From: an uncultured Alphaproteobacteria bacterium
GTDB taxonomy: Bacteria; Pseudomonadota; Alphaproteobacteria; HIMB59; GCA-002718135
Length of the DNA: 64,000 nucleotides
Direction: 5' to 3'
Assembly: GCA_902588745.1 (NCBI GenBank)
Contig: CACIQI010000005.1
Coordinates: 14,070-78,069, forward strand
This document shows, piece by piece, positions 38,424-47,717 of this stretch (position 1 is the first letter of the stretch; every line of letters begins with the position of its first letter). Under the pieces are notes generated by a model. That model worked only from the letters and a program-made list of their open reading frames with translations. It was not told the DNA's origin and ran no database searches. The translations under genes were made by a program, and so were the position numbers.

Positions 38424-39959
38424 ATGGAAAAATCTAAAAAATCTGTTCTTTTTATATGTGCTGATCAATGGCGTTTTGACTGCTTTAGCTTCCTAAATCA
38501 TCCATATGCTCTAACACCAAACTTAGACAAACTTGCTTCACAAAGTATAATTTTTAAATCACATTTTGCTGGAATTGTCCCTTGTGGTCCATCTAGAACT
38601 ACTATGCTGACTGGTTTATATCCATTTATACATCGTTCAGTATATAATGGTGCTCCTCTTGATAAAAGATTTACAAATATCGCTAAAGAAGTTCGTAAAC
38701 TAAATTATAATCCAAGACTTTACGGATACACTGATACCTCTTGGGATCCGAGATATTTGGATCCAGAAGATAAAAAAAATTTTACATATGAATCACCAAT
38801 GGAAGGGTTTGATGATGGTTGTGTTTTACCAGGAGGAAAACCGGAGCCTTGGGCTAACCATCTTAATCAAAATGGTTTTGAAATTAATAAAGCAGAAGAT
38901 TTGTACAAAGGAAGAAAGCCTAAAGATGATCAAGCGTATATTTATGAACCATATTATATTCCAACTGAATTTTCAGACACCGCATTTTTAGCAGACAAAG
39001 TTGTTAACGACTTAAAAAAGGTTAAAGATTCATTTTTTATGCATGTATCTTTTTTAAAACCACACCCACCCTTTCATGTAGCTGATCCATGGTTTAGTAA
39101 ATTTAATCCAGATAGTATTAACTTATCTAAAAATAATATTTCACTGAAAGAATTATCAAAAAAACATCCACTACTTAAAGAGTTATGTAAAAAATTTTTA
39201 CTTAAAGAAAATTTCTCTGAAATTAATTATGATCTTTTAAAAGATCAAGATATCAAAAATATTATGAGTGTCTATTTTGCTATGTGCGCAGAAGTTGATT
39301 TTAATATTGGTAAAATTTTGATTGCTCTTAAAGAAACAGGGCAAGAAGAAAATACAATGATAATTTTTACTAGTGATCATGGAGAAATGTTAAATGAAAA
39401 TAATTTATGGGGGAAATTAGGTTGGTGGGACTCTTCTTATAGAATTCCATTATTTATTTATCTGCCTCAAAACAATCCAAAAGAAATTAACCTTTTAACA
39501 GAATCTGTAGATGTTGCTCCTACAATTTTAGAATGGCTTGGTGGTGACATTCCCATTGATTGGAATGGTCAATCACTGATGCACAATATCAATCATAAAT
39601 ACAAAAAATCACCTAATAAAGAATATGTTGTTTTTGATTATGATTTTAGAGAAAGTACTTCATTTGTTAAAGATAAAAAATTAGCACCCGAACAATGTAA
39701 TCTATCGGTCATTAGAAATAATAAATGGAAATATGTTCATTTTCCTTCATTGCCATGTTTATTATTTGATTTAGAAAAAGATCCTGAGGAAATAAATGAT
39801 CTATCAGACTTAAGAGAATTTCAAGATATAAAACATGAACTAGTATCAAAATTGTTAAGTCACCGCATGATTCATCAGGAGCGACAATTATCAAACACTA
39901 AACTTTCCAGTTCAGGTGTTAATACAAATTCTGGACCATTTAGCAGAAAAATGGAATAA
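38424..39959 (+). CDS. sulfatase family protein, Cys-type (formylglycine motif C-G-P-S-R)
   Basis: 511 aa. N-terminus VLFICADQWR, then PCGPSRTTMLTG (CxPxR), then FTSDHGEM later. No signal peptide is evident. Confidence 0.85.
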   Translation: MEKSKKSVLFICADQWRFDCFSFLNHPYALTPNLDKLASQSIIFKSHFAGIVPCGPSRTTMLTGLYPFIHRSVYNGAPLDKRFTNIAKEVRKLNYNPRLYGYTDTSWDPRYLDPEDKKNFTYESPMEGFDDGCVLPGGKPEPWANHLNQNGFEINKAEDLYKGRKPKDDQAYIYEPYYIPTEFSDTAFLADKVVNDLKKVKDSFFMHVSFLKPHPPFHVADPWFSKFNPDSINLSKNNISLKELSKKHPLLKELCKKFLLKENFSEINYDLLKDQDIKNIMSVYFAMCAEVDFNIGKILIALKETGQEENTMIIFTSDHGEMLNENNLWGKLGWWDSSYRIPLFIYLPQNNPKEINLLTESVDVAPTILEWLGGDIPIDWNGQSLMHNINHKYKKSPNKEYVVFDYDFRESTSFVKDKKLAPEQCNLSVIRNNKWKYVHFPSLPCLLFDLEKDPEEINDLSDLREFQDIKHELVSKLLSHRMIHQERQLSNTKLSSSGVNTNSGPFSRKME

Positions 39960-39966
39960 TAAAAAT

Positions 39967-41016
39967 ATGTTAACGACTGTTATAGGCGCCTATCCAAAAC
40001 CAAGCTACTTAAAAATAACTGATTGGTTTAATGCTTCTGGTGGTACAGATACAGAATATCCAACTAAATTTTACGAAGATGAAATAAAAAAAATGGGCGA
40101 TAATGTTGAAGAGTTATTTAATAAAGCTAGCAAAGAAATAATTAGTGATCAGGAAGAATGTGGTATTGATATCCTAACCGATGGTGAAGTTAGAAGAGAA
40201 AATTATATTCACTATCATTGTAGATATTTAGAAGGAATTGATTTTGAGAATCTCACAGAAAAAGTTGCTAGGACAGGGAATTATAAATGCTGGTTACCAA
40301 CAATAACTTCAAAAGTTAAAGCAAAAGAATCTTTTTTGGTTGAAGAGTGGAAAAAAAATCAGAGTTTAACGAATAAAGATTTAAAAATTACTATACCTGG
40401 ACCAATGACTATAACAGACACCATAGCAAATACATTTTATGATTCAGATGAACATATGGGTGAAGACTTAGCTGATGCTATTAATGTAGAAATTAAAAGA
40501 TTGGTTGATGCAGGATGTAAATACATTCAAGTCGATGAACCGTTGTTTGCTAGAAAACCAGAAAATGCTCTTAATTTTGGAATTAAAAACCTAGAAAGAT
40601 GTTTTAAGGATATTAATAATCAAAGTATAGAAAAAATTACACATATTTGTTGTGGCTATCCTGATAAATTAGATGCAGTAGATTATCCAAAAGCGCCTTT
40701 AGATTCATACAGTAAAATTAGTAAAGCTTTAGATGAGTCAATTATAGACACAGTTTCTATTGAAGATGCTCATCGATATAATGATTTAAATTTTTTAAAA
40801 GATTTTAAACAAACAAAAGTTATTTTTGGTTTAGTAAAAATAGCAAGCTCTCAAGTTGAGACTAAAGAAGAAATTGTCTCAAGAATAAATGATGCATTAA
40901 AGTTTATTGATACTGAACAATTAATTGTTGCTCCTGATTGCGGCCTTGGTCACTTACCTCGAGATTTAGCAAAAATAAAATTAAAAATAATGGTGGAAGC
41001 TGCTGATAGTTTCTAA
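39967..41016 (+). CDS. core-only cobalamin-independent methionine synthase-like protein (MetE C-terminal domain family)
   Basis: I place the start at MLTTVIGAYPKPSYLK (ATG 39967-39969), just after the sulfatase stop. Contains DGEVRRENY, HICCGYP and APDCGLG zinc-ligand-type blocks. 349 aa. Confidence 0.75.
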   Translation: MLTTVIGAYPKPSYLKITDWFNASGGTDTEYPTKFYEDEIKKMGDNVEELFNKASKEIISDQEECGIDILTDGEVRRENYIHYHCRYLEGIDFENLTEKVARTGNYKCWLPTITSKVKAKESFLVEEWKKNQSLTNKDLKITIPGPMTITDTIANTFYDSDEHMGEDLADAINVEIKRLVDAGCKYIQVDEPLFARKPENALNFGIKNLERCFKDINNQSIEKITHICCGYPDKLDAVDYPKAPLDSYSKISKALDESIIDTVSIEDAHRYNDLNFLKDFKQTKVIFGLVKIASSQVETKEEIVSRINDALKFIDTEQLIVAPDCGLGHLPRDLAKIKLKIMVEAADSF

Positions 41017-42128
41017 TGGACTAAAGTTTCTGGATTAGCATAATCATAATTTAAATCATCAGCAATAGCTTTATATGTAACGGCACCTTTAAAAATATTT
41101 AAACCATTCATAAAATTTTTATCATTTTTTAAAGCATCATTAAAACCGTTAGAAGCTAAGTTTTGAATAAATGGTAAAGTAACTGCATTTAAAGCAAGTG
41201 TAGAAGTTCTAGGAACTCCCCCTGGCATATTTGCAACACAGTAATGAACAACGTCATCAACAACATATGTAGGGTTTGCATGAGTTGTTGGTTTACTAGT
41301 TTCAACACAACCACCTTGATCAATTGCAACATCAACAATTACAGATCCACTTTTCATCTCTTTTATCATGTCCTTAGTTATAATCTTTGGAGCATTAGAG
41401 CCTGGAACAAGCACACCACCAATTAGTAAATCACATTCAGAAATATAATCTTTTAGATTTATTTTATCACTGTGTAGTGGTTCTATTTTATCACCAAATT
41501 TTTCTTGTAATTCTTCTAATCTTTTTTCTGATTTATCAACGATGAAAACTTTTGCTTGCATACCGGTAGCAATTATTGCTGCATTTTCACCTACAACACC
41601 TCCACCTAAAATTAAGACATTTCCAGGTTGAACCCCAGGCGCACCCCCTAAGAGTAAACCACTTCCACCCTTATGTTTTTCAAGTGAATACGCACCAGCT
41701 TGAATCGACATTCTGCCGGCTACAGCACTCATAGGTGCAAGAAGTGGTAATTTATTATTATGATCACTTACTGTTTCATAAGCTATACAAATTGAATTTG
41801 AATCAATTAAACCCTTTGTCAATTCTGGAGCTGCTGAAAGATGTAAGTAAGTAAACAAAATTTGGTTTTCTCTTATCATTGAAACTTCATTCATTAGAGG
41901 TTCTTTTACTTTTACAATCATTTCAGAATCATTGAAAATATCCTCAGCTGAATTTACAATTTTTGCACCTGATAATTCATAATCACTATTTGAAAATCCA
42001 GCACCAATTCCTGCATCTTTTTGAATTAGTACTGTATGTTTATTCTTTACTAATTCTTTAACACTTTGCGGAGTAAGCCCAACCCTAGACTCCTGAGCTT
42101 TAATCTCAGAGGGAACACCTATTTTCAT
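41013..42128 (-). CDS. ald: alanine dehydrogenase
   Basis: 371 aa. MKIGVPSEIKAQESRVGLTP...ILGGGVVG... is collinear with Bacillus/Mycobacterium Ald as I recall it. Confidence 0.9.
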   Translation of the reverse strand: MKIGVPSEIKAQESRVGLTPQSVKELVKNKHTVLIQKDAGIGAGFSNSDYELSGAKIVNSAEDIFNDSEMIVKVKEPLMNEVSMIRENQILFTYLHLSAAPELTKGLIDSNSICIAYETVSDHNNKLPLLAPMSAVAGRMSIQAGAYSLEKHKGGSGLLLGGAPGVQPGNVLILGGGVVGENAAIIATGMQAKVFIVDKSEKRLEELQEKFGDKIEPLHSDKINLKDYISECDLLIGGVLVPGSNAPKIITKDMIKEMKSGSVIVDVAIDQGGCVETSKPTTHANPTYVVDDVVHYCVANMPGGVPRTSTLALNAVTLPFIQNLASNGFNDALKNDKNFMNGLNIFKGAVTYKAIADDLNYDYANPETLVH

Positions 42129-43468
42129 TATCTGTCATGCATATAGTTAGAGATACCTGTTCTTAATTTTTCAATTATCTCATCAATATGTTTTTTTTCA
42201 CAAGTAAATGGAGGTGCAACAATTAAACAATCACCTGTTGCTTTCAAGCTTAAGCCTGCTTCAAATAATTTTTTAAAACAAGCATATCCAGCTTTGCCTA
42301 AACGCTCATCCATTTTAATATCAATTCCTCCCATCATTCCATATCCTCTTATATCAGTAATGATATCCAAGTCTTTCAAAGTAAATAAACCATCTAAGAA
42401 ATATGGAGACATATCTTTTGCTCTATTAAATAAATCTTCTTTCTCGATTATATCTTGCATTGCTAAACCTGCTGCCATTGAAACAGGTATAGCAGAATAA
42501 GTATAACCATGAAAAAATTCTATAGCTCCTGTAGGTGAAGCATCAACAATAGTGTCATAGATATGATCACGTGAAGCTACTGCGCCTAAAGGTACAACAC
42601 CATTAGTAATTGCTTTAGCCATTGTCATGATATCTGGACAAACATCAAAAGCTTGGGCTGCAAATGGGGCGCCCATTCTTCCCCAGCCAGTAATAACTTC
42701 ATCAAAAATTAAAAGAATTCCGTGTTTGTCACAAATTTCTCTTAGTCTTTTTAAATATCCTTTTGGCGGAACTAAAGTTCCTGTTGATCCTGCCACTGGC
42801 TCAACAATACATGCAGCAATATTTTCAGCACCTATGTTACCAGCAATCCTTTCAAGATCATCTGCTAGATCAGCACCTGTTTCAGGTTCGCCCTTTACAA
42901 ATAAATTTTCAGGTAAATGAGTATGTCTTAGATGATGTACATTTGGCATGAGAATATTTGAGAAAGTTTTTCTATTAGCAATCATTCCGCCAACAGAAAT
43001 TCCTCCAATATTCATTCCATGATAACCTCTTTCTCTTCCTACTATGTGAGATCTATGACCTTCTCCTTTTGCTTTAAAATATGCTATGGCTGTCTTAATT
43101 GCTGTTTCTACAGCTGATGAACCACAAATAGTAAAAAATATTTTATTTAAATCTTCGGGCGTATGTTTTGAAACTTTTCTAGCTAAATCAAATGAACCAC
43201 CAAAACCTTGTTGAAATGGTTGAACATAATCTAATTGCTCTAATTGTTTAGATACTGCTTCTCTTATTTCTGGTCTTGAATGACCCGCTGGACTACAAAA
43301 TAATCCTGAGCTAGCATCAATTAATTTATTTCCATAATGATCAGTATAATAAACACCTTCTGCCTTAACCATTAATCTTGGACTATTTTTATAGTCTCTA
43401 TTAGATGTAAATGGCATCCAATGTTCTTCTAATGAATTAGGTATTTCAGTTCTTTTTTCTAAGTCCAT
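42128..43468 (-). CDS. class-III aminotransferase, omega-amino acid:pyruvate type (beta-alanine/taurine-pyruvate aminotransferase-like)
   Basis: 446 aa. HWMPFTSNRDYKNSPRLMVKAEGVYYTD...LFCSPAGHSRPEI...GRERGYHG resembles Pseudomonas omega-APT as I recall it. Its stop shares one base with the ald start (42128). Confidence 0.85.
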   Translation of the reverse strand: MDLEKRTEIPNSLEEHWMPFTSNRDYKNSPRLMVKAEGVYYTDHYGNKLIDASSGLFCSPAGHSRPEIREAVSKQLEQLDYVQPFQQGFGGSFDLARKVSKHTPEDLNKIFFTICGSSAVETAIKTAIAYFKAKGEGHRSHIVGRERGYHGMNIGGISVGGMIANRKTFSNILMPNVHHLRHTHLPENLFVKGEPETGADLADDLERIAGNIGAENIAACIVEPVAGSTGTLVPPKGYLKRLREICDKHGILLIFDEVITGWGRMGAPFAAQAFDVCPDIMTMAKAITNGVVPLGAVASRDHIYDTIVDASPTGAIEFFHGYTYSAIPVSMAAGLAMQDIIEKEDLFNRAKDMSPYFLDGLFTLKDLDIITDIRGYGMMGGIDIKMDERLGKAGYACFKKLFEAGLSLKATGDCLIVAPPFTCEKKHIDEIIEKLRTGISNYMHDR

Positions 43469-43586
43469 CTTTTTCCTTATTAAAGATTGAGTATATGAAA
43501 TTATCGATAAATCAAAGAATATTTCTTACACAATAAAGAAATATCATAGGAAAAATTGTAGCAGTGGTATAGAGAGAATACCAAAT

Positions 43587-44486
43587 ATGAGCACATTACC
43601 AGAAGATCTTAAAAGTAAAGCCTTAGAGACTCCCGACATACCAGCAGCAGTTGTGTGCCCCAATCAAGAAAGCATATTATTAGCTGTAATTGAAGGTAAG
43701 AATATGAACCTCATCGATCCAACTTTAATTGGAAATAAAAGTTTAATTGAAGAAACAGCGAAAAAATTAAGTTTGGATATTTCTAATTTTAATATTGTAG
43801 AGGCTAAAGATGAAGAGGATAGTGCTTCAATTGCTTGTCAAATGTCTAATGAAAATAAAAGTAAAATCATAATTAAAGGGAATCTTCATACTGATATTTT
43901 AATGCGCTCTTATTTAAAAAAAGAATTTAATTTACTTGATGGTAGAAGATTAAGTCATATTTGGCATATGACTACACCGCAGCTTAAAAAACCTCTTTTT
44001 ATTACTGATGGCGCCTTAAATGTTTTACCAAGAGTTGATATAAAATTACAAATTCTTAAAAATGCTGTTCAATTTTGTAATAAATTAAATATTAGTAAAC
44101 CAAAAGTTGCAATTTTATCAGGTACAGAAGATCCAATTGAAAGTATGCCAAGTTCAGTTGATGCCAAAAAAGTTATGGAACTTGCGTCAGAAGAAAAAAT
44201 TAATGCATTTATTCATGGACCGCTTGCTTTTGATAATGCTGTTTCTGAGGAAGCAGCGAAAATAAAAGAAATCAATAATGATGTTGCTGGTGATGCTGAT
44301 GTATTATTAGTACCTAATTTAGAAACTGGAAATTCTTTGTCTAAAATAATGGTTTATTTTATGAATGCTTGTGCGGCAGGAATAGTAATTGGTGGTAAAG
44401 TACCAGTTGTAGTCCCTAGCAGAGCAGATAGTAAAAATTCTAAACTTGCATCAATTATGGCAGCTGTAGTTGCTGCAAATAACTAA
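43587..44486 (+). CDS. pta: phosphate acetyl/butyryl transferase (short PTA_PTB-only type)
   Basis: 299 aa with KGNLHTD, ITDGALN and NLETGNSLSK blocks of the PTA_PTB family. Confidence 0.75.
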   Translation: MSTLPEDLKSKALETPDIPAAVVCPNQESILLAVIEGKNMNLIDPTLIGNKSLIEETAKKLSLDISNFNIVEAKDEEDSASIACQMSNENKSKIIIKGNLHTDILMRSYLKKEFNLLDGRRLSHIWHMTTPQLKKPLFITDGALNVLPRVDIKLQILKNAVQFCNKLNISKPKVAILSGTEDPIESMPSSVDAKKVMELASEEKINAFIHGPLAFDNAVSEEAAKIKEINNDVAGDADVLLVPNLETGNSLSKIMVYFMNACAAGIVIGGKVPVVVPSRADSKNSKLASIMAAVVAANN

Positions 44487-44509
44487 TTAGTAAATAAATT
44501 TTAGCTCGA

Positions 44510-45367
44510 ATGCTTTTAAGACATTACTTTTTAATTTTAATAATCACTTTTTTATTTGGAAGTGCCTACCCTGTTCAGAAAGTTATTTTTAATGAAAATG
44601 TACCACCATTATTAATGGGAAGTTTAAGAATGTTAGTGGTTTTCATATGCCTTTTGCCTTTTTGGAGATTTAGAATTCCTGAAAAAAAATACTGGTTACC
44701 ACTTCTCTTTTTTTCAATTGCTATGGGTTTTTTAGCAAATGTTTTTATGACATTATCTTTAAATGAAGCAAATATAGTTTCTCCAATAATTATTGGTTCT
44801 CAATTGGCTGTACCATTTGCAATATTATTAAGCTCATTTTTTTTAAAAGAGAAAGTAAGTATTAAAAAATGGGTACTAATATTTATTTCTTTTTTTGGCA
44901 TCATTTTATTGGGCTTTGATCCATTAATAAGAAATGAAATTTTTGCATTATTCTTAATTACGTTAATGGCATTCTTCTATGCTAGTGCACAAGTATTTTC
45001 CAGGTACCTAAAAGATTTAGAAGTCACTCTCACAAATGCAGTAATGGGACTAGTTGGATTTGTATTACTAATTATTTCATCATCAATATTTGAAGGACAA
45101 ACAGTAAACGAAATAAAAAATATTAGTTTTCAATCATGGTTATTAATATTGCATTCAGGTATCTTTGTTTCAATCGCTGCTCACATGTCGATGTTCTATT
45201 TATATAGGATGTATCCTGTTAATAGGGTATTTCCATTTTACGCTTTATTTCCTGTATTTGGTGTGTTGTTAACATTTATAATTTTTTATGAAATACCAAC
45301 TTTAATTACTTTTATTGGAGGTATAATTGTAATCTTAGCAACTTATTTTATAAATAAAGAAAATTAA
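44510..45367 (+). CDS. EamA/DMT family transporter
   Basis: 285 aa, about 10 TM segments. Confidence 0.8.
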   Translation: MLLRHYFLILIITFLFGSAYPVQKVIFNENVPPLLMGSLRMLVVFICLLPFWRFRIPEKKYWLPLLFFSIAMGFLANVFMTLSLNEANIVSPIIIGSQLAVPFAILLSSFFLKEKVSIKKWVLIFISFFGIILLGFDPLIRNEIFALFLITLMAFFYASAQVFSRYLKDLEVTLTNAVMGLVGFVLLIISSSIFEGQTVNEIKNISFQSWLLILHSGIFVSIAAHMSMFYLYRMYPVNRVFPFYALFPVFGVLLTFIIFYEIPTLITFIGGIIVILATYFINKEN

Positions 45368-45374
45368 ATTTTGA

Positions 45375-46142
45375 TTATTTAGCTGTCCATCCTCCATCAA
45401 TTACTAGTGATGAACCAGTCATCATTGAAGCAGCATCTGAAGCAAGATACACTACAGCACTAGCAATATCACTTTCTGTTGCTACTTTTCCTAAAGGTAT
45501 GTTTTCAATTACAGATTTTTTAAAACTTTTATCTTTAAAAAATTTTTTGACCATTGGGGTTTCCACAAATGTAGGGCAAACGGAATTAACTCTGATGTTG
45601 TGCTTAGCCAAATCAATAGCCATCCCTTTGGTAAGACCTTCAACACCAAACTTAGTCATATTATAAACACTTCTAAGAGGAGCGCCTACTTTACCTAACT
45701 GAGAAGAAATATTTATTATTGATCCACCAATTTTTTTTCTATTTTTTGATTTAAGCATAACTTTTGTAGCTAATTGAGCAATATCGAATGATGCTTTAAT
45801 ATTAAGATCAACCACTTCACTCATATCTTTTCTTTTAATTTTGGTGAAATATTCAGGTCTATTTGTACCAGCATTATTTACTAATATGTCTAATTTATTA
45901 ATTTCTAAAAATATTTTTTTTATTTCTTTTAAATTAGTTACATCACACACATAATAACTACATTTCTTTTTGAGTTTTTTAATTTTGTTTTGAACAATTA
46001 AAAGATCTTTCTCTGTACGACTAAGAATTATTACATTTGCGCCTGCTTCTGCTAATGCTATAGCACATGCTTTACCTATGCCTTTGCCTGACCCTGTCAC
46101 AAGAGCAGTCTTATTTTTTACATTAAAATTTTTTAGAAACAT
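45375..46142 (-). CDS. short-chain dehydrogenase/reductase (SDR, FabG/gluconate-5-dehydrogenase-like)
   Basis: 255 aa with TGSGKGIG, NNAG and YNMTK. Confidence 0.88.
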   Translation of the reverse strand: MFLKNFNVKNKTALVTGSGKGIGKACAIALAEAGANVIILSRTEKDLLIVQNKIKKLKKKCSYYVCDVTNLKEIKKIFLEINKLDILVNNAGTNRPEYFTKIKRKDMSEVVDLNIKASFDIAQLATKVMLKSKNRKKIGGSIINISSQLGKVGAPLRSVYNMTKFGVEGLTKGMAIDLAKHNIRVNSVCPTFVETPMVKKFFKDKSFKKSVIENIPLGKVATESDIASAVVYLASDAASMMTGSSLVIDGGWTAK

Positions 46143-46155
46143 TTGATCTGATTAT

Positions 46156-46815
46156 TTACAATGAAAAAATAGATTGATCTAATAAATTCATTTTTTTAAT
46201 ACACATTTGAAAACTATCTTCTAAATGGTAATCGCCTGGAAACCCAATGCATTTAATTCCAGCGTTTACGGCAGAATTACTACTTTCTTCAGTATCCTCT
46301 ATTGCAATACAATCTTCTGGCTGTAAATTTAATTTATCTAATGTAACTTTATAAATTTCTGGATGTGGTTTTTCATTTTTAACAAATGATTTATTACCAA
46401 TGAATTCAAATTCTTCTTTTGAAATTTGACCAGAAAGACTTTCAAATACTGCATCGACATTATTTAAAGTTGTAGAAGTTGAGAAAGCAAGTTTAATATT
46501 ATTATCTTTTGTATACTTAATTATTTCATCAACGCTCTTTCTTAATTTTTGTTTATTCTGAATAATGAACGAGCTAAAGATTTCTGTTTTTCTATTTCTA
46601 ATTTGTGAAGCATTTACATTAACATTATTTTTTTCAGCAAAATCTTCTACCCTTTTTGTCCCTCCAGATTTTTTTAACAAAATTTTATAGTCTTGCTCAT
46701 CCCAATACCAATCAAGTCCAGCTTCTTTAAAAGCTTCATTAAATGAGTTACGTTGAATGTTAGAAGATTCAATTAGTGTCCCGATAGATCCAAATAAAAG
46801 TGCTTTATATTTCAT
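46156..46815 (-). CDS. HAD-IA-like (CbbY/beta-phosphoglucomutase-like) protein with degenerate motif I
   Basis: 219 aa. Motifs II-IV are recognisable (FSTST, EKPHPEIY, IEDTEESSNSAVNAG), but motif I reads LLFGSIGTL instead of F-D-x-D-G-T-L. Confidence 0.75.
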   Translation of the reverse strand: MKYKALLFGSIGTLIESSNIQRNSFNEAFKEAGLDWYWDEQDYKILLKKSGGTKRVEDFAEKNNVNVNASQIRNRKTEIFSSFIIQNKQKLRKSVDEIIKYTKDNNIKLAFSTSTTLNNVDAVFESLSGQISKEEFEFIGNKSFVKNEKPHPEIYKVTLDKLNLQPEDCIAIEDTEESSNSAVNAGIKCIGFPGDYHLEDSFQMCIKKMNLLDQSIFSL

Positions 46816-46834
46816 AAGATTAGAAATTTTATTA

Positions 46835-47716
46835 TTAACCTTTTACTGCTCCAGCAGTTAAACCACTTATTAATTGTCTTTGGAAAAACATGATTATCAT
46901 AAAAAGTGGTGCAGTTGCTGAAACAACACTTGAGACTGCCCACATATAATTTCCACTATGTTCAATTGTGCCCAAATAAGCATTAATTTTAGGAACCATA
47001 GTATAATTCTGCTGATTTAAAAGAAGTGAAGTAACTGTAAAATCATTATAGGCTAACATCATACTGAATAACCCTGCTGTAACAACTCCAGGCCACATAA
47101 CAGGCATTATAACAAAGCGAAACGCTTGAAAATATGAACAGCCATCAATTAGCGCACTTTCATCTAACTCTTTAGGAACTGTTTTAAAGAAGGAATAAAG
47201 TAACCATAATGTAAAGGGTTGATTGATTGCAACTAAAACAATTATGGTAGTTGGAAGTATGCCCCAAACGTTCAATTGGAAGAAAGGAAATAGATAACCA
47301 GAAACTAATGTAATGTGTGGCATCGCTCTAAAAATCAATGCAGCTATTAAGATCCAAAAAGTATATTTATATGTCGATCTAGACAAGGCATAAGCACCTA
47401 ATGTTCCTAAAAATAAAGAGATTGTAACAACTGAAACAGTAATAATAATTGTATTCATTGTTGCTTTCCAAAATTCACCTTCAGTCCAAGACTCTACATA
47501 TGCCTTAACTGTAGAAGTATCTCCTGTTTCTATCAAAGTATTAACTCCTGTGACTGCAAACATCCAATCAGCTCTTGAGAAAAAGTCGGCTTTTACTTTA
47601 AATGATCCCCAAAAAGTCCATATAAAAGGAAACACGGAAATAATTAACCAAGCAAGAATAAAAAAACTATTTATTAAAATTAGTTGTTTTGAGTATCTGT
47701 TAATTTTTGATTCCAT
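46835..47716 (-). CDS. CUT1 sugar ABC permease (MalG-like)
   Basis: 293 aa with the EAA loop LDESALIDGCSYFQAFRFVIMP. Confidence 0.85.
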   Translation of the reverse strand: MESKINRYSKQLILINSFFILAWLIISVFPFIWTFWGSFKVKADFFSRADWMFAVTGVNTLIETGDTSTVKAYVESWTEGEFWKATMNTIIITVSVVTISLFLGTLGAYALSRSTYKYTFWILIAALIFRAMPHITLVSGYLFPFFQLNVWGILPTTIIVLVAINQPFTLWLLYSFFKTVPKELDESALIDGCSYFQAFRFVIMPVMWPGVVTAGLFSMMLAYNDFTVTSLLLNQQNYTMVPKINAYLGTIEHSGNYMWAVSSVVSATAPLFMIIMFFQRQLISGLTAGAVKG

Positions 47717-47717
47717 A

